From an uncultured virus (IMG/VR IMGVR_UViG_3300006752_004376) (Duplodnaviria; Heunggongvirae; Uroviricota; Caudoviricetes), in IMG/VR virus record IMGVR_UViG_3300006752_004376: DNA of 64,000 nt; one strand, 5' to 3'. This document shows positions 28,035 through 37,187 of this stretch, piece by piece; within the stretch, counting starts at the first letter, position 1, and each line of letters starts with the position of its first letter. The translations under genes were made by a program, and so were the position numbers. Below the pieces are notes generated by a model. It was not told where the DNA came from. It made no database searches and saw only the letters and a program-made list of their open reading frames with translations.

Positions 28035-28704
28035 TTTTTCTCCCTATGTACCAGTAGATATTATCTTTATATTCTACTAAGTCACCTGTTGCAAACCAAT
28101 CATCATATACACAAATATCACCTTTGACATATAACTCACCGTCTACAACTTTAGTTTCACAGTAAGTGGTATCGCCCATAATACTTTCTGTATGATTTAC
28201 AATATCACCTTTATTAAATGTTTTATTAATAGCAACTGGTCCTACTTCGCTCATGCCCCAATTAGCAATAAACGTAGCACCTTGTTCTATAAATGCTTTA
28301 ATAGTACTACTATGTACTCTATCACTTCCACACATAATTGTTATACCATTTAAATCAAGTGTCTTAAATGTTTTTGTAGCTATAACAGCTCTTGCCATAT
28401 TAGGTGTAAGATGTGAATGTGTATAGTTTGTAATATTCTTAACCCATCTAAATGCATTAAATGATTCAACATGTACATCTGCATCAACTGCTATAGCTGG
28501 TAGTGTTTGTGCAAGTAATCCACCTGCATGTTCTAATGTACAAACAGTATACACTTTACTAAATTTATTTAATTTCTGACACTCTACTGCGGCCTTGTTT
28601 GCAAAGTATAATTTTTCAGCACTTTGTTTTATTGGTTTACTTGGACCAGTTGTTCCACTAGTGTAAATTGTACAGCCTTCATTTATTATCTTTAGTAAGT
28701 TCAT
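28027..28704 (-). CDS. Minimal ANL-family adenylate-forming (AMP-binding) protein
   Basis: YTSGTTGPSK, WGMSE, ATGDL, IGRK; only 225 aa. Confidence 0.85.
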   Translation of the reverse strand: MNLLKIINEGCTIYTSGTTGPSKPIKQSAEKLYFANKAAVECQKLNKFSKVYTVCTLEHAGGLLAQTLPAIAVDADVHVESFNAFRWVKNITNYTHSHLTPNMARAVIATKTFKTLDLNGITIMCGSDRVHSSTIKAFIEQGATFIANWGMSEVGPVAINKTFNKGDIVNHTESIMGDTTYCETKVVDGELYVKGDICVYDDWFATGDLVEYKDNIYWYIGRKNA

Positions 28705-28969
28705 CTTTTAACTTTTTCCAATCTGGATGTTGCGGCAAATATTTGTGTAGTCCTATTGCTTGGTTTATAACCATTTCTAATAACTTAAAATTAAATAGAG
28801 GTGGAAATATACCATGTATAATACTAGCAAATGCCATAAACAATTGTTTACCTGCTTCTCTAAATGCAATGTACATATGTATAAAATAATGTACTATTGG
28901 ATTCTTTTTCTGCCTATTGTTTAAGGAATCTGCTATTCCTAAATGTTTCCAATCAAACCAATGTTTCAT
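28679..28969 (-). CDS. DUF6356-like small protein
   Basis: YFIHM..A..IHGIFPPLF. Confidence 0.55.
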   Translation of the reverse strand: MKHWFDWKHLGIADSLNNRQKKNPIVHYFIHMYIAFREAGKQLFMAFASIIHGIFPPLFNFKLLEMVINQAIGLHKYLPQHPDWKKLKDELTKDNK

Positions 28970-29465
28970 AATATTTTTCTAAATTTAATTTCCATACTGA
29001 TTGTTTTGTTCCGTATATTTCTTCTTCAGTAAAGAAACTAACTATTCCTTGTTTAGCTAACAGATGAAATAATCTATCTGTTCTATTCATTTTTCCACTT
29101 GCATCATTTTCTACATTTGTTGTAATGTATGCAGGTTGTGTATCTGAGCTTTGTGCCCATTTAATTTGTTCTGGTAATATCCATTTCCATGGTATGCTTG
29201 TCATATGATTTTTACTTAATCCAGTTTGTGCAGGCATTGTTTGTACGCCTCTAAACAGCATACGATGCCCGTCATGAAACTTATGACAACCCGCCATTGA
29301 TACAATTACATCATTGTGATAAGCCGCCCACCATTCGCCTTTGTGCTTCTTACACCAATCATATTTCATTGCATCTAAATTAGCATTGTTCATATAACCC
29401 ATATCTTCGCATATATAACCGAAGAATTCTATATCTCTTTTACCTGGATCTTGTTTTACTAGCAT
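28953..29465 (-). CDS. GNAT-fold acyltransferase-like protein
   Basis: IVSMAGCH..RMLFRG; similar layout to 31535..32098. Confidence 0.45.
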   Translation of the reverse strand: MLVKQDPGKRDIEFFGYICEDMGYMNNANLDAMKYDWCKKHKGEWWAAYHNDVIVSMAGCHKFHDGHRMLFRGVQTMPAQTGLSKNHMTSIPWKWILPEQIKWAQSSDTQPAYITTNVENDASGKMNRTDRLFHLLAKQGIVSFFTEEEIYGTKQSVWKLNLEKYYETLV

Positions 29466-29471
29466 TACTTT

Positions 29472-29538
29472 ATTATATACATACTTATTTATCTGTCAAT
29501 CAGTTATTGACAAAATGTCATAAATAATGTAATATAAT
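29472..29538. promoter_or_regulatory. Back-to-back divergent promoters
   Basis: TGTCAAT-CAGTT-ATTGACA supplies both -35 boxes; minus TATAAT 29477-29472, plus TAATAT 29530-29535. Confidence 0.8.
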
Positions 29539-29571
29539 GGAAATACTTCAGAAGAGGTAAGGAGAAATAGA

Positions 29572-29844
29572 ATGGCTTTTATTAGAACTGCAGATTTAGT
29601 TACAAACAATAGTAACACTTATGCAACAATTGAAGAATGGATTGCAGAACATGGCAGATGTGGGTTATACAATGATCAGTATATTCAAAACGGTACAATG
29701 TCAGTAAACGAAGCTGGCAACGGCGTTAGAATTGTGTTAGAATATATTGATGAAGCAGCAATGACAGCACACCGTGAAGCATTCGCTGATGAAATTGCGG
29801 CAGCACAATTTACATCAACTATTGTTTCAGACGTAACTGAATAA
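29572..29844 (+). CDS. 90-aa acidic protein, possible dimeric alpha-beta barrel
   Basis: TAAGGAG RBS; VLEYIDEAAMTAH. Confidence 0.7.
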   Translation: MAFIRTADLVTNNSNTYATIEEWIAEHGRCGLYNDQYIQNGTMSVNEAGNGVRIVLEYIDEAAMTAHREAFADEIAAAQFTSTIVSDVTE

Positions 29845-29865
29845 TAACAACCAGAAGGAAACCAA

Positions 29866-30591
29866 GTGTTTCGTAAAATAACAACAACACATAAACTTCT
29901 TTCAATACATACGTTTTGTCACTTAATGCTTATTCCTGCTTTTATGTATGGTGAGCTTTGGATGTTCATAATAAGTTTTTTATGGTGGCAATGGATTGCC
30001 GCTTCAGCGATTAGTGCAGGTTATCACAGATACTTTAGTCACGGATCGTTTGAAGCGCCTAATTGGTACAGATACTATGTACAAGTATTAGGAATGTTTG
30101 CTAACCCAGGACCAGTGTTAACTTGGGCAAGTACACATAGAATGCATCATGCATATACAGATACTGCTAAAGATCCTCATAGTCCAACACTAAAAGGATT
30201 CTTTAAAGTGTATACTAGTCAATGGGGAAATGATGTTACAATTGAAAGAAAAATGATCAAGGGATTAGTCACTACTGATACAAAATTCTTCCACAATAAT
30301 TATTTTATATTAATAGGATTGCTAATGGTATTATTATATATCATAAGCCCTATGATATTTTTATTTGGATTTTGTGTTCCTGTAGTATTAGCCTTCCATG
30401 GTTATGGATTAGTAAATTTAATTCCACATACTGAAAACGGCAAACCTAAAAATAGTTGGTTTGCAAATATATTAACAGCTGGTGAAGGATGGCATAAAAA
30501 CCATCATGACGATTCAAGAAACTGGCGTATAGGCAAGACACCGTGGCAGTGGGATCCAGGTGCTTGGTTCATTAAATTAATAAAGAGGTAA
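29866..30591 (+). CDS. Membrane fatty acid desaturase (delta-9-like)
   Basis: His boxes HRYFSH, HRMHH, HKNHH; GEGWH. Confidence 0.92.
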   Translation: MFRKITTTHKLLSIHTFCHLMLIPAFMYGELWMFIISFLWWQWIAASAISAGYHRYFSHGSFEAPNWYRYYVQVLGMFANPGPVLTWASTHRMHHAYTDTAKDPHSPTLKGFFKVYTSQWGNDVTIERKMIKGLVTTDTKFFHNNYFILIGLLMVLLYIISPMIFLFGFCVPVVLAFHGYGLVNLIPHTENGKPKNSWFANILTAGEGWHKNHHDDSRNWRIGKTPWQWDPGAWFIKLIKR

Positions 30592-30593
30592 AA

Positions 30594-31535
30594 ATGTTTA
30601 AACCAGTAGAATATAATTTGGATATGAGAGATCCAGATAATTGGCATGAAGTATGCAGAAACCAACCAAAAGATGTTATCGCATATATTCCAGGTGCTAA
30701 CTTGCACGAACAAGAACTATTAGATGGAGCAACAAGTATAGGTAAACTATACAGTCCACGTAATGCAGGATTTGATGTTTACTTTGAACATAAAGACTAT
30801 CCAGGTATTAGTAGAGTAACAAATGAAAAAGACAAAGACGGAAAGTTTGTTGGATTATTTCCTGAAAGCGAATTAGGCTGGCACAACAACGGCAACTGGC
30901 GTCATTGGAAACATGTTATTGAAAGTTGTATTGCTTTTTATTGTGTTCGTCCAGGTGAGCAAGTTGTAACAAGTTATTTAAATAGTCATCAAGCATATGT
31001 AGACTTGCCACAAGATTTAAAAGATACTGCTGACAAATATGAATATTGGGCACAGTTTGATAAAGATAATAGCATTTATCAATTTGATGATGATAGTCTT
31101 AATAAAGGTATGGATGAATTACTTGCTATATTTGAAGGTAACTTAAAGAGTACAGGACGTAAAGGTAAAAACGATCTTAATCCTGTAAGAGGAAGTTGGA
31201 AACCTTTAATTGTACAACATCCTTTTAGAACAATTCCTGGTTGGTGGGATCAAGAAAATAGCCCAAGAGCAATTTACACAGGACACTTTGGTGTAATGCG
31301 TAAATTACGTAATAAAGAAACTGGTGAAGAAATTACATTGCAAGAAGCAAAACCATTATTAGATGCATTGCATAAACATTTGTTTCAACCACAGTATATG
31401 TACCACCATCATTGGAAAGAAGGTGACTTAATTATTAACGATCAGTTTATGAGTTACCATGCACGTAATGCAGTTAAAGGAGATAGACTACTTTATCGTA
31501 TTGCGTTTAATTATAAATTTCTTAAAGAAAAATAA
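30594..31535 (+). CDS. TauD/TfdA-family dioxygenase with atypical HxN motif
   Basis: LGWHNNG, HHWKEGDLIINDQ..HAR, RLLYR. Confidence 0.85.
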   Translation: MFKPVEYNLDMRDPDNWHEVCRNQPKDVIAYIPGANLHEQELLDGATSIGKLYSPRNAGFDVYFEHKDYPGISRVTNEKDKDGKFVGLFPESELGWHNNGNWRHWKHVIESCIAFYCVRPGEQVVTSYLNSHQAYVDLPQDLKDTADKYEYWAQFDKDNSIYQFDDDSLNKGMDELLAIFEGNLKSTGRKGKNDLNPVRGSWKPLIVQHPFRTIPGWWDQENSPRAIYTGHFGVMRKLRNKETGEEITLQEAKPLLDALHKHLFQPQYMYHHHWKEGDLIINDQFMSYHARNAVKGDRLLYRIAFNYKFLKEK

Positions 31536-32098
31536 TGCATACGGAAACTACAGACTGGATACCACTAGAACTTATTACACTATTTGAAGAATCACTTAAA
31601 GATAGTTTAAATAGAATGCCTCATAATTATGAAATAGAAAGTTTAAGTAGTGATGAGAACTTATGCTATAGTGTAACGTGGGACGATGAAGGTGATCCAA
31701 TCGCAGGTAGTGTAGCAAGAACAAGAGATTTTTATAATGGCGGTGTAAGAGTATTAAGTAGATACTATACAAGTAAAAAACTTAATGTTGCACAAAAAGG
31801 ATTAAGAATACATAAATATCATGTAAAGGGTTTGAGTACATTTACTGCTGAACATGCAGATCAACAAGTAGATTTTGCAATTGCAAATGGAATACATAAA
31901 CACTTTATTAGTAGAGAGCATGGAAATTTTAAAGTAATGCGTAATCTACACAGAGGTTTAAATTATAATTGCAAATACAAAGATTGGGTATTAGAAGATT
32001 ATGAATGGCAAACTGCACCATGCGATGGTGATGAATGCTGGCAACATATAATTTGGAGGGGTGAGAATCCATTAACAAATGACTATAGAAAAATATAA
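31535..32098 (+). CDS. GNAT-fold-like protein
   Basis: PIAGSV..VRVLSRYY..FISRE. Confidence 0.45.
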   Translation: MHTETTDWIPLELITLFEESLKDSLNRMPHNYEIESLSSDENLCYSVTWDDEGDPIAGSVARTRDFYNGGVRVLSRYYTSKKLNVAQKGLRIHKYHVKGLSTFTAEHADQQVDFAIANGIHKHFISREHGNFKVMRNLHRGLNYNCKYKDWVLEDYEWQTAPCDGDECWQHIIWRGENPLTNDYRKI

Positions 32099-32828
32099 AT
32101 TTTTACACAATATAAAAGTAGATGATATTAGTTCTACTTTAGTTAAAGACTTTCAAAACGGCGCATATGGTATCATATGCGTAGAAGATGCCAACGAAGA
32201 TACTATTAATCAATTTGGTAAATTACTTGATCAAGATATGTATGGTCGTAAAAAAGTTACAATTGGTATAGAAGATGACAAGGGCGAAAAATTAAATCAT
32301 GCAACAGATATGCTTTGGCATCAAGACCGAGCATACAGTAAAGACATTCATCCGTTTGTAGGATTATATTGTATTAGAGCAGATAAAGGATCTAGCAAAA
32401 CACATTATTTAGATATGCAAGGTGTATATAAAGATAGCAGTAATGATTTAAAAGAAAAAGCAAAAGACATTAAATGTGTTAATAGTATTACAAAGTACAT
32501 GAGTCAAGAAGAATATCCCTATAATTTTAAAAGCAAGTTACAAGAACGTGCTTGGAGAAGGTTTAATAGGGCGACACATGATTTAGTATGGAAAGATGAT
32601 TATGGCCCATACTACTTTTACAGTGAAGCATATACTGAAACTGAATTAGAACCACAATTAAAAGAGGAGATATATAAAGAACAACACATGTATTCTCATC
32701 AGTGGAAACCTAAACAACTTTTGGTATATAATAATCATAAGGTATTGCATAAACGAGATGCAACACCAGAAACAGTGGTAAGACAACATATTAGATATGC
32801 TCTTGACAGAAACACTGAATTAGTGTAA
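32079..32828 (+). CDS. TauD/TfdA-family dioxygenase
   Basis: WHQD, HQWKPKQLLVYNN..LHKR. Confidence 0.85.
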   Translation: MTIEKYKFLHNIKVDDISSTLVKDFQNGAYGIICVEDANEDTINQFGKLLDQDMYGRKKVTIGIEDDKGEKLNHATDMLWHQDRAYSKDIHPFVGLYCIRADKGSSKTHYLDMQGVYKDSSNDLKEKAKDIKCVNSITKYMSQEEYPYNFKSKLQERAWRRFNRATHDLVWKDDYGPYYFYSEAYTETELEPQLKEEIYKEQHMYSHQWKPKQLLVYNNHKVLHKRDATPETVVRQHIRYALDRNTELV

Positions 32829-32831
32829 TAT
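32803..32831 (+). promoter_or_regulatory. sigma70-type promoter
   Basis: TTGACA-17-TAATAT. Confidence 0.7.
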
Positions 32832-32859
32832 ATACATAACATTTAACAATAAGGAAAAT

Positions 32860-33066
32860 ATGACTATAACAGGTAAAATAAAATGGTTCAATGCTACTAA
32901 AGGCTACGGATTCATTACTAGACACGACGGCGAAAAAGACGTATTCGTGCATTCATCAGCAGTAACATCATCAGGACTTAACGGTCTTAATGAAGGTGAT
33001 GAAATTGTGTTTGAAGTTGCTGAAACTCCAAAAGGTTTATCAGCAATTAACTTAAAAAACGCATAA
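32860..33066 (+). CDS. cspA: Cold-shock protein
   Basis: GKIKWFNATKGYGFI, DVFVH. Confidence 0.96.
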   Translation: MTITGKIKWFNATKGYGFITRHDGEKDVFVHSSAVTSSGLNGLNEGDEIVFEVAETPKGLSAINLKNA

Positions 33067-33072
33067 CATAAA

Positions 33073-33115
33073 TGAGGTCTTGGGCGTCATCCCTCAATAA
33101 AGATTCTGCCGCCAA
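33073..33115 (+). ncRNA. Candidate preQ1-I-like pseudoknot cis-regulatory RNA
   Basis: TGAGG/CCTCA stem; loop GGCG pairs with downstream CGCC; A-rich linker; 5' of queD. Confidence 0.55.
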
Positions 33116-33135
33116 TATTATATAGGAGAAAACTA

Positions 33136-33666
33136 ATGGCTTATTTTAGCACAAAAACATACGGACATAATATTGGACTTAGTGCAGTATTCCGTCAACC
33201 AAATGCAGATCATTCCCATTGTCATTTATTGCATGGGTATAGTTTAGCATTTAAATTCACATTTGGATGTGGAGAACTGGACAATAAAAATTGGGCAGTT
33301 GACTTTGGCGGATTAAAACCTCTGAAGGCTTGGCTTGAAGATTCGTTTGATCATAAAACGTGTATGGATAAAAATGATCCACATTTAGATAAAATGAAAG
33401 AACTAGACGCTATTGGCGTTTGTGAAATTAGATTATTTGATGGAGTGGGTTGTGAGAAGTTTGCATATCATGCATGGAACTTTGCAGACAAACTTATACG
33501 TGAAGCAACAAACAATCGTTGTTGGGTAGAATCTGTAGAGTGTTCAGAACACGGTGCAAACAGTGCAATTTATACACCTAATGCAGTAGTGACAAAACCA
33601 AGAGAACCGCAGACACGATTAGAACAAATGGAATACATTAGTTCGGACGCAGTGGCTCCTCAATAA
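33136..33666 (+). CDS. queD: 6-carboxytetrahydropterin synthase (QueD/PTPS)
   Basis: HCHLLHGY, VDFG, FDHK, ECSE. Confidence 0.9.
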   Translation: MAYFSTKTYGHNIGLSAVFRQPNADHSHCHLLHGYSLAFKFTFGCGELDNKNWAVDFGGLKPLKAWLEDSFDHKTCMDKNDPHLDKMKELDAIGVCEIRLFDGVGCEKFAYHAWNFADKLIREATNNRCWVESVECSEHGANSAIYTPNAVVTKPREPQTRLEQMEYISSDAVAPQ

Positions 33667-34653
33667 ATGGTAAGGGGAAAAATCTTGCCTCATCCAAATA
33701 AACCTTTGGTAGTACCTAATAAGCCTTTTATGGTAGCATTAGGTACTAGCCATACACATGGTGTATGTATGGATAATGAATTAGATAGAGTAAATGGTAA
33801 AACAGCTCATGAAATGATAGCAAATGAATTTGATTTTGATATTATAAGAATTGGGTTACCGGGTGCTAGTAATCAAGAACTATTACAGACAGCAAATGAA
33901 TTGTCTACAAAAAAAGTTTTTAGTGATAGCAATTGTAAATTGGTTATGCTAGAAGCTAGAATGTGCCAAGGACAATTAGATGTACCTTTTACTACAATAG
34001 GTAATCGACCTTATAGATTTACAGATCCAAATACTGGTTCAATGAACGATAAAGGCGATATTAACGAAATGGCACTAATAGAAGATCATCCAGCATGGGG
34101 CAAAGGTCATGCAGAAAATTGGGGTGACTCTTATGTAAGACAAATTTATGATACTGCAGGTGCTATGGGATTAAAAGAAAATCAACATTTAAAAATGCAT
34201 ACGGGTCTAAAGTATCCATTAAAAAAATACGAAGAAATTAATATGGAAATGAGGACTAAACCTCATGTTGATACGTATACATTACTTACTAGAACTCCAT
34301 ATCAGAATATGCAAGATATGACTTTTATTGATGCTATTAAAAATATAGTAGTAGGTAATGGAGTAAAATTTCTATGGGAATCATTTGATGCTAATATAAG
34401 ATGGTATAAAAATGCAAAATTAATTTTTGGTGATACCAGTAACATTTTTGATTATTGTGTTAATGAACACCAAACTATAAGAGAAAGAATTGTTTGTTTA
34501 GATGGAGTTAACCCTGACGGTTCTCCTTTTACATACGATGGTAAAAATGCCGAAGAAATGTTATGTTCATGTCATCATGCAAATGATACAGGACATAGAT
34601 TTTGGTTTAACTTTATGCTTCCAAAAGTTAAGGAAGTGCTAGGAAATATATGA
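33667..34653 (+). CDS. SGNH-like hypothetical protein
   Basis: LGTSHTHG, GASN, CHHAN. Confidence 0.55.
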   Translation: MVRGKILPHPNKPLVVPNKPFMVALGTSHTHGVCMDNELDRVNGKTAHEMIANEFDFDIIRIGLPGASNQELLQTANELSTKKVFSDSNCKLVMLEARMCQGQLDVPFTTIGNRPYRFTDPNTGSMNDKGDINEMALIEDHPAWGKGHAENWGDSYVRQIYDTAGAMGLKENQHLKMHTGLKYPLKKYEEINMEMRTKPHVDTYTLLTRTPYQNMQDMTFIDAIKNIVVGNGVKFLWESFDANIRWYKNAKLIFGDTSNIFDYCVNEHQTIRERIVCLDGVNPDGSPFTYDGKNAEEMLCSCHHANDTGHRFWFNFMLPKVKEVLGNI

Positions 34654-34946
34654 TTGATAAAGAAAAGATTGTAGAAAACTTACGAGTTGTATATGATCCA
34701 GAAATCAGTATAAACGTATATGATTTAGGCCTTATATATGAAATAAATATTGATAAAGCACATGTTAATATAGTAATGACATTGACGAGTGCATTTTGTC
34801 CAGCCGCAGACGAGATCATAGCGGAAGTTCACGAAGCAGTAACAAATGTTGAGAACGTTGAAACATGTGATGTTAAAATAACGTTTGACCCACCTTTTGG
34901 GCCAGATAAAATGAGTGAAGATACAAGATTAATTTTAGGAGTGTAA
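34650..34946 (+). CDS. SufT/DUF59 Fe-S assembly protein
   Basis: VYDPEISINVYDLGLIY, MTLTSAFCP. Confidence 0.92.
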   Translation: MIDKEKIVENLRVVYDPEISINVYDLGLIYEINIDKAHVNIVMTLTSAFCPAADEIIAEVHEAVTNVENVETCDVKITFDPPFGPDKMSEDTRLILGV

Positions 34947-34952
34947 TATAAA

Positions 34953-35300
34953 GTGACATACTTAGTAACAGAAAATTGTATTAAATGTAAACATACAGAT
35001 TGCGTTGAAGTTTGTCCTGTAGATTGTTTCTATGAAGGTGAAAACTTTCTAGTAATTAATCCAGACGAATGTATTGATTGTGGTGTATGTGAACCAGAAT
35101 GTCCAGTAGATGCGATTGTTGCTGACGGAGTATTAGAAGGTTCGGAATTAGCTTATTGGATGAAAGTTAATACGGATATGTCTGAGAAATGGCCAAACAT
35201 AACTCAGATGAAAGACCCACCACCAGATCATAAAGAATGGGATGGAAAACCAAACAAACGTGAATTACTTTCTGAAGAACCAGGAGAAGGAGACTTATAA
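34953..35300 (+). CDS. fdxA: 7Fe ferredoxin
   Basis: [30 protein letters not shown]. Confidence 0.95.
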   Translation: MTYLVTENCIKCKHTDCVEVCPVDCFYEGENFLVINPDECIDCGVCEPECPVDAIVADGVLEGSELAYWMKVNTDMSEKWPNITQMKDPPPDHKEWDGKPNKRELLSEEPGEGDL

Positions 35301-35869
35301 TGTTAGGAGCACCGTTCTTAGTAGTAGGTAGAGAAGCATTAGAAATAATGTTTATAACATTAATGATTACAACATTTATTAAATTAAATTGGAGTATGTA
35401 TGCATCTGCAATGTTAGGTACTGTCGCAGGAATTTTTGCAGGTTGGCAAATAGGAAACGTATTAGAATCCCATGAATCAACTATGTACTTATTTTTATCA
35501 GTATTAATGCTTTACTTATTTTTTACAGCAGATAAAACAGGGCAACAAATTGCCGCAAGTATTGAAAAAATAGGATCATCTAGTACTGCTAATTGGGCTG
35601 GATTAATTACAATGTTTATTATTTGGGCTAGAGAAAGTTCTGAGATATTTATTTTCATGTTGATGCCAGCTAATAATACTATGTCAGGTTGGTTGTCAGC
35701 ATCAGTTGCAGTTGGATTAGTTATTGGAATGTTCCCAATAATTCAAAACAAAGTATCAGCTAATGTGTTGTTTAAAGTTACACGTTATGCATTTTTAGTA
35801 TTTGCATTATGGTTTGGTTATGAAGCATTAATGCATTGGCACACAATTGAACATGAACATGTTCTATAA
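35300..35869 (+). CDS. FTR1-like iron permease
   Basis: Multi-pass with two RExxE motifs (REALE, RESSE). Confidence 0.7.
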   Translation: MLGAPFLVVGREALEIMFITLMITTFIKLNWSMYASAMLGTVAGIFAGWQIGNVLESHESTMYLFLSVLMLYLFFTADKTGQQIAASIEKIGSSSTANWAGLITMFIIWARESSEIFIFMLMPANNTMSGWLSASVAVGLVIGMFPIIQNKVSANVLFKVTRYAFLVFALWFGYEALMHWHTIEHEHVL

Positions 35870-35879
35870 AGGAAAAAAT

Positions 35880-36047
35880 ATGTACGATATAATTTATACA
35901 CCTAGAATACACGACGAAGTTTCTGTCGCACGTTTCAACACTGAAACAGAAGCACAGAAATATTTAGAAAAGATTAAAGAGGTACGCCCGAAGGCATATC
36001 CTCACCACAGAATAGAACTAGTGGTAAACAAAGGAGAAGAAGTATGA
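35880..36047 (+). CDS. Small hypothetical protein
   Basis: AAGGA RBS; start revised to 35880. Confidence 0.6.
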   Translation: MYDIIYTPRIHDEVSVARFNTETEAQKYLEKIKEVRPKAYPHHRIELVVNKGEEV

Positions 36048-36196
36048 CATTTTTAGTATGGCATTTACTAGCCATTGGTACAGTAATGGCACTATCTTTT
36101 TTTGCTGGTTATAAGTTTGCTAGACGTAAAGAAGATAAAATTGAACGTAGTATTCATATGATGGATATTAGGAAAACGAGGTACAAATATGAGTAA
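36044..36196 (+). CDS. 50-aa membrane protein (absent from ORF track)
   Basis: AAGGAG RBS, ATGA overlap; MTFLVWHLLAIGTVMALSFF. Confidence 0.65.
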   Translation: MTFLVWHLLAIGTVMALSFFAGYKFARRKEDKIERSIHMMDIRKTRYKYE

Positions 36197-36533
36197 GTCT
36201 AAAGAAGAGTTGCTTAAAGAAATTGATAAAGTTATGGAAGAATATATTAACCCTAACGTTGCTCAGCACGGTGGACAAATTAATATACTTAAATTTGATG
36301 AAGAAACAGGAATTCTTCATACCCAAATGAGTGGTAGTTGTAGTGGATGTGCTAGCAGTACTGAAACACTTAAAATGGGTGTCGAATCAACACTAATGCA
36401 TTTCATTCCAGAAATCAAAGGAGTTACTAGTGAAGACGATCCTATGTATAACGATCCATACTACACTTCAGACCCTAGTGGGTACTATGATTTTCCTGGA
36501 GAAGAAGACTTCCCACCAACAGAAACGGAGTAA
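36189..36533 (+). CDS. NifU/NfuA C-terminal-domain Fe-S carrier
   Basis: INPNVAQHGG, GSCSGC, TLKMGVE. Confidence 0.92.
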   Translation: MSKSKEELLKEIDKVMEEYINPNVAQHGGQINILKFDEETGILHTQMSGSCSGCASSTETLKMGVESTLMHFIPEIKGVTSEDDPMYNDPYYTSDPSGYYDFPGEEDFPPTETE

Positions 36534-36535
36534 CA

Positions 36536-36721
36536 ATGTCAGATTTAACAAGTTACAAGAAAAAAGTTCGTGATAGAGAACGTAAGATTCGTGATAGAGA
36601 ACGTAAAATTGAAGATTGCGAAATTCGTATTAGCGACCTTAATGAAGAAATACAAGAATTAAAAGAAGAAATTGTTGAGTACAGTGCAATTATGGATAAA
36701 ATTAAGAAAGTATCTGTATAA
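36536..36721 (+). CDS. Coiled-coil protein with heptad duplication
   Basis: RDRERK twice; 21-nt period at 36567-36606. Confidence 0.7.
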   Translation: MSDLTSYKKKVRDRERKIRDRERKIEDCEIRISDLNEEIQELKEEIVEYSAIMDKIKKVSV

Positions 36722-37002
36722 TGGCTGTTAAAGTATTTTTCATTGCAAAAATAAAAGAATTTAATGATGAATACAAAGACTATGTAACCAGGGTAAGAGA
36801 CTTAGGTGAAAAGCATCCTGGTTTTATTAGCTTAGAAAGCGAAGAAATTGGCGACATTGAAATTACTATTACTACTTGGAAAAGTAGAGAAGATGTTGCA
36901 GACTGGGCAAAAGATCCAACTCATATGAGTGCAAAACGCAAATGGCGTGAATGGTATCATTGGGTAAAAGGAATACACGTAGACACAGTTGACGAAGAGT
37001 GA
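36721..37002 (+). CDS. Antibiotic biosynthesis monooxygenase (ABM)-like protein
   Basis: PGFIS..ITITTW..W..DPTH..A. Confidence 0.8.
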   Translation: MAVKVFFIAKIKEFNDEYKDYVTRVRDLGEKHPGFISLESEEIGDIEITITTWKSREDVADWAKDPTHMSAKRKWREWYHWVKGIHVDTVDEE

Positions 37003-37187
37003 AACATAAAATGGAATACAAAAACATAGAAATTAATACAGACGAAGCTGACAAGTTTGGTATATCAGATAGAGAACTTATTAAGACATTATATAAAAAA
37101 GTAATTATCTTAGAAGATCGTATTAATAGTTTAGAAGTTGATAATGAAGCTCACGAAGAGTGGATCAAACAACGAGAAAATAGATGA
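36999..37187 (+). CDS. Hypothetical protein
   Basis: Overlapping operon ORF. Confidence 0.6.
   Translation: MKHKMEYKNIEINTDEADKFGISDRELIKTLYKKVIILEDRINSLEVDNEAHEEWIKQRENR

Noticed and set aside
29572..29844. Acyl carrier protein for the ligase/desaturase cluster
   Set aside because: Size and acidity fit, but there is no DSL-type phosphopantetheine Ser motif
36567..36606. 21-nt-period direct repeat as a regulatory element
   Set aside because: In-frame heptad duplication within a coiled-coil gene
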